A model generated the notes under the pieces. The model was given only the letters and a program-made list of their open reading frames with translations. It did no database searches and was not told where the DNA came from. Positions 17,145-24,908 of a stretch of 28,138 nt of DNA are shown here, piece after piece (position 1 is the stretch's first letter; each line of letters opens with the position of its first letter). The stretch comes from a virus (taxonomy: Duplodnaviria > Caudoviricetes). Where the stretch lies: IMG/VR virus record IMGVR_UViG_3300020045_000347, positions 1-28,138 of that record. One strand, written 5' to 3'. Both the position numbers and the translations under genes were made by a program.

Positions 17145-18056
17145 TTAAATGAGTCCTCCTGTGTTCATGTTCATCTGTACATTACCGCCAGACGCTCTTC
17201 TCCACTTTTCCTCTTTGTTTAGACTGAATAGATTCTCTTCGAACTTAGCCTTGTACCTTGCTTCCATCTTATCATCAAATAGGTATCCACCAAGATTACT
17301 TAAGGCACCCCATAGAAGAAGTCTCTCGTTCTCGTCCCGTAGCCAGTTAGGCACTTCCTTACCTTGGTAGTACTTGGTTGTTACCGGTGTACTGTACATA
17401 GTAGCTTCCTGAAGATTATCGAAGCACCGCTCATTAACACCAGCTCCAGAGAAATACAGTGGTGTATCTACTACAGTACCTAGCGTGAGGTATAGTTGGC
17501 TCTGGTCTTGTAGACCAACAATATAGTTGGTTGGGGTAACGTCATAAAGCGAGTTGAGTGCTGGTAGTCTCCGATAGTAATTGATCTCTACCTGGGCACC
17601 AACAGCTAACTGAGGATGAATGTAAATCTTGTTATCCATCCACATCCAGTTATATACCGAATATTTCTCACCGTATAAATCAAAGAATGTTCGCTTATCA
17701 GTGATCTCATTGAATACCTTTGATACGTTACTTGGGTAGGTAACATAAGGTGTTTCAGTGGAGGCACCAGCTACAGTTCTCACGTAGTTAAATTGTGTGA
17801 GATCATCTGGAATCAGGAACGATGTAAAGGCATTTCCGTATGGCAGCCCAGCACTATTCTCACCAGAGTTATCTGCTGCTACTACTGTGTATCTTGTGGT
17901 GAATTCTAGTGGTGGTATCCGGAGATTACGATAGCATTCGTCAGCTGAGTAGCTTAAACAGCTATCTATAACTGAATCCGGGATTGTATTAGAGGATGGC
18001 TTATTTGACCAATCTCTTACTTTGGCTAGTAGTGAATTATACCTTTGTGTTGCCAT
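17145..18056 (-). CDS. Head-tail adaptor / tail tubular protein A
   Basis: Start revised to 18056 (TAA-T-ATG; MATQRYNSLLAKVRDW). Motifs RNLRIP, INYYRRLPAL and NWL...LLLWGAL; position upstream of the fibre genes. Confidence 0.75.
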   Translation of the reverse strand: MATQRYNSLLAKVRDWSNKPSSNTIPDSVIDSCLSYSADECYRNLRIPPLEFTTRYTVVAADNSGENSAGLPYGNAFTSFLIPDDLTQFNYVRTVAGASTETPYVTYPSNVSKVFNEITDKRTFFDLYGEKYSVYNWMWMDNKIYIHPQLAVGAQVEINYYRRLPALNSLYDVTPTNYIVGLQDQSQLYLTLGTVVDTPLYFSGAGVNERCFDNLQEATMYSTPVTTKYYQGKEVPNWLRDENERLLLWGALSNLGGYLFDDKMEARYKAKFEENLFSLNKEEKWRRASGGNVQMNMNTGGLI

Positions 18057-18057
18057 A

Positions 18058-18333
18058 TTATCGTTTATCCTTAACTTGTATCTGAAAAGCATGTTGCTTA
18101 ACACGCCCACCAGTAGTAGTAACATATATAGTTACGGTATATAACCCACCATCAGACCCACCAGCGGTCCAGACTTTTATTACACCACCCACATTCGTCC
18201 AAGATACCAACGTAAAACCGGGTTGAGGTACTACGGTAACAGACGCGATGGTGTCACTCAAACTATCTAGCCAGCGATTAAACTTGATATCGTAGTCCTG
18301 GATATCTGCAGGTGACTTCTCGAATATTACCAT
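18058..18333 (-). CDS. Small Ig-like fibre-attachment (fibre-tail adaptor) protein
   Basis: EKSPADIQDYDIKFNRWL...DTI...KVWTAGG..G.LY.V...TTTGGR pattern; SD AAGGAG. Confidence 0.65.
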   Translation of the reverse strand: MVIFEKSPADIQDYDIKFNRWLDSLSDTIASVTVVPQPGFTLVSWTNVGGVIKVWTAGGSDGGLYTVTIYVTTTGGRVKQHAFQIQVKDKR

Positions 18334-18344
18334 AATCTCCTTTA

Positions 18345-18959
18345 TTATGCTACCTCGTAGCTATTAGTTGCGGGTTCAACATCATCAACAACTATACTTA
18401 TACCAACAGTGCCTATTATGTTACTGATTTGTACTACAGAAGAGTACTTTGCTGTAGCGGTGCTGAGTGGACCATACCTGTAGGAATACCCTTGTAGGGC
18501 AGAGTAACCACCAATCAGAATACCAGAGGAATTACCAGGAACACCTGTACCACCAATACCGACCACTGAATGCAACTGGTTTATTACTACACCAGTAGTA
18601 CTATGTGTAGTATTTCTAGATGCCGAACCGAGTATAGCAGCTTCGGTACCTGTTATAGCGCCAATCACCGCATGTGTCGTGTATCTAGCAGAAGTACCTG
18701 AGAGAAATGCAGGTAAACTTAAAATACTACCAGATGTTTGGTGCGATCTAAATCTAGCTGAAGACCCCGATACGGTGGATACTTGGCCTAGTAGCACACC
18801 TGATGTTGTATGTACTGTATAGCTCGCAGAGTTACCGAATACTACAGAGGATACTGCGGAGAGAGCCCCTACGGTATCATGGTTTGAGCCACCTGCCACC
18901 GCAGGCGCATCAGCCCATCCCCACGGCTTGTCACCCCAGCTTGATGCGCCCCAGGTCAC
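18345..18959 (-). CDS. Virion fibre-associated repeat protein (WG-rich N-terminus, 23-aa repeats)
   Basis: GTG start; MTWGASSWGDKPWGW followed by five His-led 23-aa repeats. Confidence 0.65.
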   Translation of the reverse strand: MTWGASSWGDKPWGWADAPAVAGGSNHDTVGALSAVSSVVFGNSASYTVHTTSGVLLGQVSTVSGSSARFRSHQTSGSILSLPAFLSGTSARYTTHAVIGAITGTEAAILGSASRNTTHSTTGVVINQLHSVVGIGGTGVPGNSSGILIGGYSALQGYSYRYGPLSTATAKYSSVVQISNIIGTVGISIVVDDVEPATNSYEVA

Positions 18960-18966
18960 TTAAGAC

Positions 18967-19371
18967 TCACAGTGATGCGGCCAGCAGCCACAAATCGTCG
19001 GCCTGTTGCTCAGACACGCCCAGCGCAGCGATCATGGCCACGACTTTGACGTGATTGCGCTCAAACACGGTGGCGAATTCCCACCAGTCTTTTGTATCCT
19101 GATCGCTTGCAGCCACGGCAGCTTCGACGGATGCACGTAAGCCTACGATGGTCAGGGCTTGACGGATTTGGCGCGGGGAGACTGTGGGGATGGCAGCACG
19201 GGCAGCGGCGGCTTGAGCGGCTGGGTAAGCGGCTTCAATTTCTGCTGGCGTGGGCTGTGGCTCGGGGCGGTGCCACTGCGCGATGTAGGGGCCGTTACCA
19301 GCATCCTCCACGATGCATTCAGTCTCAAAATTGATGCCGGGGAAAAGATTGGCAATAGATAGTGTCAGCAT
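18967..19371 (-). CDS. Tail-fibre assembly chaperone-like protein (XkdW-like N-terminus)
   Basis: LFPG...VEDAGNGPYIAQWHRPEPQPTPAEI followed by VSPRQIRQAL...WWEFATVFERNH...DDLW; immediately downstream of the fibre gene. Start 19371 preferred to 19383. Confidence 0.65.
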   Translation of the reverse strand: MLTLSIANLFPGINFETECIVEDAGNGPYIAQWHRPEPQPTPAEIEAAYPAAQAAAARAAIPTVSPRQIRQALTIVGLRASVEAAVAASDQDTKDWWEFATVFERNHVKVVAMIAALGVSEQQADDLWLLAASL

Positions 19372-19372
19372 G

Positions 19373-20188
19373 TCATTCCCCATAGTAAATAGCAGTTAGG
19401 GAATGTGCCGCCGCTACCCCTGCAATCGTTACCGCAGATGCAGCACTTGCACCCACGTACAGCCACGGTTCCAGGTAATCAGTAGAGCCATTCATTTGCA
19501 CAATCAAGGATGAAAATGAGCCGCCAGCCGCATTTGACACTGATCCTGCTGCATAAAATTCGCTTCGCGTTCCGCGCCCCAGTGCCACGCCGTTTTTGTA
19601 AATGGCGCTTGCGACGACAACGTTGCTTGCAGAGATCGTTGTAATTTGTGCCACGGTGGAGAATGACAAGATATATTTACCCGGCAACGTAGGCTGAAAC
19701 CGCGCAATGCCCGCGTTCCACCACCCGCGCTCATCGGTCGTTTCAACGTCAAAAACGCCGCTTTCTGAGCTGCCTTTGAGCCTGTTCCACGCATTGAGCG
19801 TGAGTGACTGAGATGCGCCTGAATTGGTCACAAATACATAGCCTGCATTGCGCGAAATCGTGTCGAGCAAATTACCAAACCCCGCCGACATCGTCACCGT
19901 CACCACAGCCGCGCTGGTCAGGTCAATCGGGACACCTGTGCTGCTATCGTCAAACGTCCCACGAGTCAGTGTGCGAGTGGCATGGGTATAAACGCAGCCG
20001 GTGCGCTGTTCTTCCCCGTTGACGCAAGCGGCGGTGATCGTAAACGACTTGCCGTTGTGCGCAGCCGTGAAATCACGCACAGGAATGCCGTCAGGCCGCG
20101 TGATCGGGCCTGCGATGACTAAATCACCCGACACGCCGGGCGTGTTCGAGATCGTGACGGCGGTGTTGTTTAGGGCTAGATCGGGCAT
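19373..20188 (-). CDS. Fibre tip protein with C-terminal C1q/TNF-like domain
   Basis: N-terminal anchor (...TLTRGTFDDSSTG...VTVT); C-terminal RFQPTLPGKY...AIYKNG...SSLIVQMNGSTDYLE. Confidence 0.7.
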   Translation of the reverse strand: MPDLALNNTAVTISNTPGVSGDLVIAGPITRPDGIPVRDFTAAHNGKSFTITAACVNGEEQRTGCVYTHATRTLTRGTFDDSSTGVPIDLTSAAVVTVTMSAGFGNLLDTISRNAGYVFVTNSGASQSLTLNAWNRLKGSSESGVFDVETTDERGWWNAGIARFQPTLPGKYILSFSTVAQITTISASNVVVASAIYKNGVALGRGTRSEFYAAGSVSNAAGGSFSSLIVQMNGSTDYLEPWLYVGASAASAVTIAGVAAAHSLTAIYYGE

Positions 20189-20191
20189 GGA

Positions 20192-20581
20192 TTAGGCCCC
20201 TAATGCAGTATACGTAAGCGACGAGCAGGATACGGTGTCACCCGCTGCGATAGTAAGCCCATTAGTCATATTGATATCACCCCCGGAAGAGGCTACAGAG
20301 CAGTGGATAACTACAGTACCACCCGATGTTTCTAGAGTAGCTGTGGCCACCGGGGATGCATTGCCAGTGGCATTTGTATCTGACGTAATAGCGTTAGCAG
20401 TGGCGGTACCAACTGACGAAGCACCAAAAGCGGTAGCAGAAAGTGTTAATGTCGCAGCAGCTAACCCAGGGGCACCTACAGTACCAGTCAATCTGAACTT
20501 AAGTTTACCAGAGGCACCGAGGAGTGCTGTCACTGCGTTTGTTGCAGCATCTCTTGCTGTTGTTGAGTGTGTTACTGACAT
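20192..20581 (-). CDS. Virion structural protein, probable fibre shaft subunit
   Basis: 129 aa, A/T/S/G-rich; ARDAATNAV...ATLTLSATAFG...GGDINM...TIAAGDTVS.SSLTYT pattern. Confidence 0.65.
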   Translation of the reverse strand: MSVTHSTTARDAATNAVTALLGASGKLKFRLTGTVGAPGLAAATLTLSATAFGASSVGTATANAITSDTNATGNASPVATATLETSGGTVVIHCSVASSGGDINMTNGLTIAAGDTVSCSSLTYTALGA

Positions 20582-20706
20582 TCGTTTTCCCCCGTTTGTG
20601 CTACGATGTAGCCAACCATTTCAACTTGACGAATTTCACCTGTAGAAGCACTGGTGATATCAAGGGTGAAACGCACTTCAGCTGGTCGTGTTACTAGTGT
20701 CACCAT
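20572..20706 (-). CDS. 44-aa hypothetical protein (not in track)
   Basis: MVTLVTRPAEVRFTLDITSASTGEIRQVEMVGYIVAQTGENECQ; TAA-T-ATG coupling; fills the gap and overlaps the next start. Confidence 0.6.
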   Translation of the reverse strand: MVTLVTRPAEVRFTLDITSASTGEIRQVEMVGYIVAQTGENECQ

Positions 20707-20707
20707 A

Positions 20708-20773
20708 TTATTTCTTACCTTTTTTAGTGGGTACTGTTTTAACAGGAGCCTTTTTAGTAGGTTTGCATGCCAT
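20708..20773 (-). CDS. 21-aa lysine-rich peptide (not in track)
   Basis: MACKPTKKAPVKTVPTKKGKK; SD TAAGGA just upstream; stop abuts the next ATG. Confidence 0.6.
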   Translation of the reverse strand: MACKPTKKAPVKTVPTKKGKK

Positions 20774-20781
20774 GATGATCC

Positions 20782-21075
20782 TTAATTGGTTAACGCAGCA
20801 CAGAATGCACCGTCGAAAGTGAATGATCCGTATTCATACCGGGCTGTACCTGTACCTGCATAAGCGGCTACAGCAGCGCTGATTACCGTAGGGGCAGCGG
20901 CTGCAGCACCGTCAAGGTATTTAACAGCAGTGATGATACCACGAACAGCTTGTGGTGCTCGGATATTAGATCCAGTATCGAGTGTATCAGCGCTAACTAC
21001 AATGTTAACAACATAGTTGTCAGGGATATATGTCTTGATGCCTGTAGTAGCTGCTGTGATTCTTAGAAATTCCAT
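20782..21075 (-). CDS. Hypothetical protein, possible capsid decoration
   Basis: 97 aa, Ala/Thr-rich; TAA-ATG coupling; SD AAGGA. Confidence 0.6.
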   Translation of the reverse strand: MEFLRITAATTGIKTYIPDNYVVNIVVSADTLDTGSNIRAPQAVRGIITAVKYLDGAAAAAPTVISAAVAAYAGTGTARYEYGSFTFDGAFCAALTN

Positions 21076-21402
21076 TTATGCTTTCCTTATATTAGATGTT
21101 TGTAGGAGAGGATAATCCGTCATAATGATCTGCTTTAGTTTACGCAGATTGGCGGGATTACTCATAAAGTCCTGCGCATGAATATCCAGACCATATTTAG
21201 TTAGGATATCTATAGCAACAATGTCCGGTATAATTGCGAACGACCTATAGTGTCGCCCATTATGAGAGATTACCTCATCTCGCTGTCTAGACTGTTCAGC
21301 ATAATCTTTATACGCACTCACATCTTGCTCTAACTTGAACTTGTCATCTAGATCTTTAACGACGAAACTGCTCTGCACATCGTCTATTGATTTATATTCC
21401 AT
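21076..21402 (-). CDS. Hypothetical protein directly downstream of the capsid gene
   Basis: 108 aa with RSFAIIPDIVAIDILTKYGLDIH; first gene after the capsid terminator. Confidence 0.7.
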   Translation of the reverse strand: MEYKSIDDVQSSFVVKDLDDKFKLEQDVSAYKDYAEQSRQRDEVISHNGRHYRSFAIIPDIVAIDILTKYGLDIHAQDFMSNPANLRKLKQIIMTDYPLLQTSNIRKA

Positions 21403-21414
21403 TGTGTCTCTTTC

Positions 21415-21448
21415 AATAAAATAGGGTGAGACCTTGATCCCACCCTAT
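21415..21448 (-). terminator. Rho-independent terminator after the major capsid gene
   Basis: Minus strand ATAGGGTGGGATC-AA-GGTCTCACCCTAT (8-bp perfect outer stem extended by G-U pairs) followed by TTTATT. A second small hairpin, tactca/tgagta, lies at 21455-21473. Confidence 0.8.
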
Positions 21449-21484
21449 ATTTAATACTCACAAATTATGAGTACCCTCTTGTTA

Positions 21485-22594
21485 TTAAGCCCCAGACAAA
21501 CCGAAGATCAAGCCAGCGCCCTTGGGGTTACGGCATTCCAAAGTTCCCTCTTCCACGATCTGACCGATGATAGAGTCACCTAGTTGACCGAGATCAACCT
21601 CTTGCAGGGGACGCAGAGAGGCATAGCTAAACCACATTGGATCGTACACGAATGCACTGAAGTTAGCTGCATTGGTAAGATTGGTGATTGGTGCTAGGTT
21701 GCTGATACCCATCACATAGTTAGGTACAACCATGATATCACCGAAGTCGCTCATATAGACCTCAACTGATTGACGCAGTTTACCATCCTGATCGATGTTA
21801 CGACGAACGTTACCATCACCAGCATTAGCGGTGCTTGAACCAGCGGCCTGTGCCTTAGCAGAGAATACCCGGCGATTTGCGGGAGATAGCATCAGCTTAG
21901 TAGCCTTACCACCATTCTCATAGATCGCTTGCATAGCATTGTCTACGTGTGACAGTGTGAGTGACACAGTAGCAGCTGAGGTAGCCGTAGAGAACGTACC
22001 AGTAACACCACCACCTGGATTGGTTGGGGGTACATAGGTAGCAGTAGACACATGGAATGCCGTGGCGGGAGTGGTTGTAGCTGCGGTGTAATTCACCCAA
22101 GCGTGATAACCACCGAAGGTACGAGTACCAGAACCGTTAGAAGACTTCCAGCCGATCAAGTCGAACTCTACGTCACGACGAAGTTCAGTACCACGTTTCT
22201 TTAGCTGATAAGCGTATTCGTCAGCAACACCAGCCTGATCCACAGCACGTTTGGTACCAGTTACGGTTACAGTCTTGCTGTTGATCTGGGTATAGTTACC
22301 TAGACGAGTACGGAAAGGTTCGGCGGCTTGAGCTGCTTGTTGTGTAGCGTAAGATGTACCCTCAGCAACAGCTGCAGAAACAGGAGGGGCTAGCTCGTCA
22401 GTCTGCCACTCGTGGAACACTGCGGTAGCTTTAGTCTTACCGATTGAAGACAAGAAGGGTGTCTCATCCCGGCTAATCATCGAAATGAAGTTAGCTAGAT
22501 CCTCACGTTCACCAGCGTTAACAGCGTTACCAGTAGCGCCAGCGGAACGAGCGGCGGCCTTAGGGCCACCAGTTGCAAAATTATTACCTGCCAT
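21485..22594 (-). CDS. Major capsid protein (DUF5309/SU10-type, HK97 fold)
   Basis: REDLANFISMISRDETPFLSSIG...HEWQTDEL, NYTQI, YMSDFG and EGTLECRNP motifs; strong SD TAGGAG. Confidence 0.93.
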   Translation of the reverse strand: MAGNNFATGGPKAAARSAGATGNAVNAGEREDLANFISMISRDETPFLSSIGKTKATAVFHEWQTDELAPPVSAAVAEGTSYATQQAAQAAEPFRTRLGNYTQINSKTVTVTGTKRAVDQAGVADEYAYQLKKRGTELRRDVEFDLIGWKSSNGSGTRTFGGYHAWVNYTAATTTPATAFHVSTATYVPPTNPGGGVTGTFSTATSAATVSLTLSHVDNAMQAIYENGGKATKLMLSPANRRVFSAKAQAAGSSTANAGDGNVRRNIDQDGKLRQSVEVYMSDFGDIMVVPNYVMGISNLAPITNLTNAANFSAFVYDPMWFSYASLRPLQEVDLGQLGDSIIGQIVEEGTLECRNPKGAGLIFGLSGA

Positions 22595-22616
22595 ATTTAA
22601 ATTCTCCTAAAGTAAG

Positions 22617-23741
22617 TTAAAGTTTCTTACTCACTGATGAGATACGTTTTAGAAAATCTAATTCGTCCTGCTTGGAACCTTGTCCAGCTAGCACTTTACT
22701 ACGGGCTACCTTGCTAGCATCACGTTCTTTTTGTGACTGCGGTACACCACTCTTGGTAGGTACAGATTTCACAGAAGGTGCTGCTTTACGCTTGGCTTCC
22801 CCAGTATCACGAGCTGTCTTCAGCTTACGATAGTCATTGATAAACTTAACCACTTGAGCGTCATAAACAGACTCTAGGAGTTGTTCGGGAATACCCTCTT
22901 TAATAGCAAACTCACGAATACTCTTGGCAACTTTGTCTGAATAATCAGGGATTAGCGTGCTAATATTTTCCCCATACGCTTTCAGTAGTTCTTGCTGCCT
23001 TACCGTTTGTTGCTCTTGCAGTTGTGTTGCGATAGCTTTAGTTTTATCTTCACGACTATTTCGTGCTTTCCAATACTTCTCTTGAACTAGTTCACGCGCT
23101 TCTTTAGCTTCTCGTGCTGCGTAAGTATCACCTTCCTCTCGTGCCTTCTCGATCTCAGCAGAGAGTTTGTTATATTCAGCAGTCAAGCTATTTTCAGTGG
23201 ATAGTAGCTCCGATTGAACCACAGTACCAATGTCAATAAGCTCCTTAAGCTTGGTATCGCGTAATGTTTCCAGTTGTTTTCGCTCATCAGCGAGTTGTCG
23301 CCCTTTAGAGGTCAAGTGTTGATCTGTGGCGTATCCTTTACGGATCTCTTCCAAAGTGACATATTTTAATGTACCATCAATTTTGACAGGTACTTGGTAT
23401 GCCCAATCGATATCTTCTTCAGCAGGTAGCTCAGTTGTCGGGGTAGATTCATCATCCTTTTTACCAGCATCTTCCTCAGATTCATCGTTGTCTTCACTCG
23501 ATTCTTTTTCAGACTCTTCCACATCCTCATCGGTGCTGTCTTCTGTGGGTTCGTCTTGAACGTGGCTAACTTCATCCTCTTCTGGTAGATCATCATTGAT
23601 CCCCAACAGCTTTGCAGCTGGTGAGTTTCGCAGGATGTCATCTAGGGAAGGTGCGTTGTTCTGTTGTTCACCGTCATCAAAGCTAGCACTTGAAATTTCA
23701 GATGCTGGCGTACTGGTAGAGAGTGCTAATGTTGGTAACAT
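22617..23741 (-). CDS. Capsid scaffolding protein
   Basis: Very acidic N-terminal third; VKIDG...VTLEEIRKGY...K..QLADERK motif; coiled coil; directly upstream of the capsid gene. Confidence 0.87.
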   Translation of the reverse strand: MLPTLALSTSTPASEISSASFDDGEQQNNAPSLDDILRNSPAAKLLGINDDLPEEDEVSHVQDEPTEDSTDEDVEESEKESSEDNDESEEDAGKKDDESTPTTELPAEEDIDWAYQVPVKIDGTLKYVTLEEIRKGYATDQHLTSKGRQLADERKQLETLRDTKLKELIDIGTVVQSELLSTENSLTAEYNKLSAEIEKAREEGDTYAAREAKEARELVQEKYWKARNSREDKTKAIATQLQEQQTVRQQELLKAYGENISTLIPDYSDKVAKSIREFAIKEGIPEQLLESVYDAQVVKFINDYRKLKTARDTGEAKRKAAPSVKSVPTKSGVPQSQKERDASKVARSKVLAGQGSKQDELDFLKRISSVSKKL

Positions 23742-23747
23742 ATTCTA

Positions 23748-23978
23748 TTATCCTTGTGTCGTATTATTCGATTTTTTAGCTGCTCGTACAGCTGCCATAC
23801 GGTCTACTGTAGTCTCACTTAGACCATCCAGTACATCAATAGCATTTTGGAGATTTACTAGAATAGGTGCATAGTTTTGTGAGCGACCCACACCGCCATT
23901 AGCTCCGCATCCAGCAATCTCATTGATCAGTTCGTTACGTGCTTTCAATAGCACATCTTTTGCTTTGTCATTACTCAT
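23748..23978 (-). CDS. Hypothetical protein (76 aa)
   Basis: Start revised to MSNDKAK at 23978, overlapping the upstream stop; ends DRMAAVRAAKK. Confidence 0.65.
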   Translation of the reverse strand: MSNDKAKDVLLKARNELINEIAGCGANGGVGRSQNYAPILVNLQNAIDVLDGLSETTVDRMAAVRAAKKSNNTTQG

Positions 23979-24336
23979 TATTTTCTGTTCCTTCTTGAAC
24001 TTTGTTTTGTTGATTGATAAATTGCATGTTGGCACCATACATCTCAATACCAACCATCTTTTGTTTTACAGACCCTAATGCCATAGCACTGGAGTAGAGA
24101 TACTGCCTAAGTTTGTCTTCATGCGGCTGGCTTGATAACCACGCCATGAAAATATCAGTCAAGATATCTGTGTAGCATTCCTTAAAGAAATCTTCCCTCT
24201 CTGCCTTAGCAAACATAGATTGTTTTAAAGCAATCTGTGAGTCACGGAATGGATCTACTTTCTCCTTACCCATACCATCTGAGTAATCTACTTTTGGTTT
24301 GATACGATCGTTAAAACCCTTACGAAATTGTTCCAT
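23971..24336 (-). CDS. Hypothetical helical protein between portal and scaffold
   Basis: 121 aa; SD AGGA; FFKECY.DIL.DIF..WL...EDKLRQYLY motif. Confidence 0.7.
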   Translation of the reverse strand: MEQFRKGFNDRIKPKVDYSDGMGKEKVDPFRDSQIALKQSMFAKAEREDFFKECYTDILTDIFMAWLSSQPHEDKLRQYLYSSAMALGSVKQKMVGIEMYGANMQFINQQNKVQEGTENNE

Positions 24337-24835
24337 TATATTTCCTGTTATAGTTTAAAAGAGCAAGAATCCTATCTTCACTCTCTTTTAAGTGCCCTAA
24401 AGCTATATTACAATTATTACACAGTATACCACGAACATCACCTGTTGTGTGGTTATGATCTACATGATGCCGACGCAGCATACTTGGATCCCATGGATCA
24501 CCACACGAGTCACATGTTCCCTCGGATAAGGCGAGTAATTCGGCAGCACGATCTATGTCAACAGAGAAGAAGTAAGATAATCTACGTTTAGCGTACAACT
24601 CCTTATTAACCGCACGTAATTCCTTGCGACGAGCAGAGATGGTTTCTTTGTTAGAATCACGGTACTGCTTATCTTGCGCTAGCTTCTTCTCCCTATTGAG
24701 GTAGTAAGTTTCTTTCTTTTTAGCCCGTTCAAACTCTATGTTCTCGTGATACCTTTCCTTCTGTTTGGCTAGTATCACTTCCTTATTGGTATGGTAATGC
24801 TCCCGTTTTCTTCTTAATTGCTCTTCATTTGTCAT
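24320..24835 (-). CDS. Free-standing HNH homing endonuclease, endonuclease VII family
   Basis: CDSC...HVDHNHTTGDVRGILCNNCNIALG signature; basic N-terminal Y..N.E repeats; SD AAGGA. Confidence 0.88.
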   Translation of the reverse strand: MTNEEQLRRKREHYHTNKEVILAKQKERYHENIEFERAKKKETYYLNREKKLAQDKQYRDSNKETISARRKELRAVNKELYAKRRLSYFFSVDIDRAAELLALSEGTCDSCGDPWDPSMLRRHHVDHNHTTGDVRGILCNNCNIALGHLKESEDRILALLNYNRKYNGTIS

Positions 24836-24908
24836 AATGATCCTTGTTGGTGGGACTAGACACTAATGACATAGCGTCAGGGTAATTACTCCGTTCATCC
24901 CGTAAATA

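Noticed and set aside
12422-20188. Diversity-generating retroelement or invertible host-range switch
   Set aside because: No reverse transcriptase or recombinase in the window, no adenine-specific TR/VR pair seen, and no inverted fibre cassette. The 162-bp-period duplication is an ordinary protein repeat.
21485-21520. Programmed frameshift or readthrough extension of the capsid protein
   Set aside because: Tandem TAA TAA followed by a terminator, and no obvious slippery heptamer.
24890-24898. 9-bp ATGAACGGA identical to the first bases of the portal gene
   Set aside because: Too short to distinguish from chance, and not positioned as a target-site duplication around the HNH gene.
24320-24908. 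Group I intron around the HNH gene
   Set aside because: The portal ends normally, the downstream gene has its own start, and the 73-nt gap is too short for an intron core.
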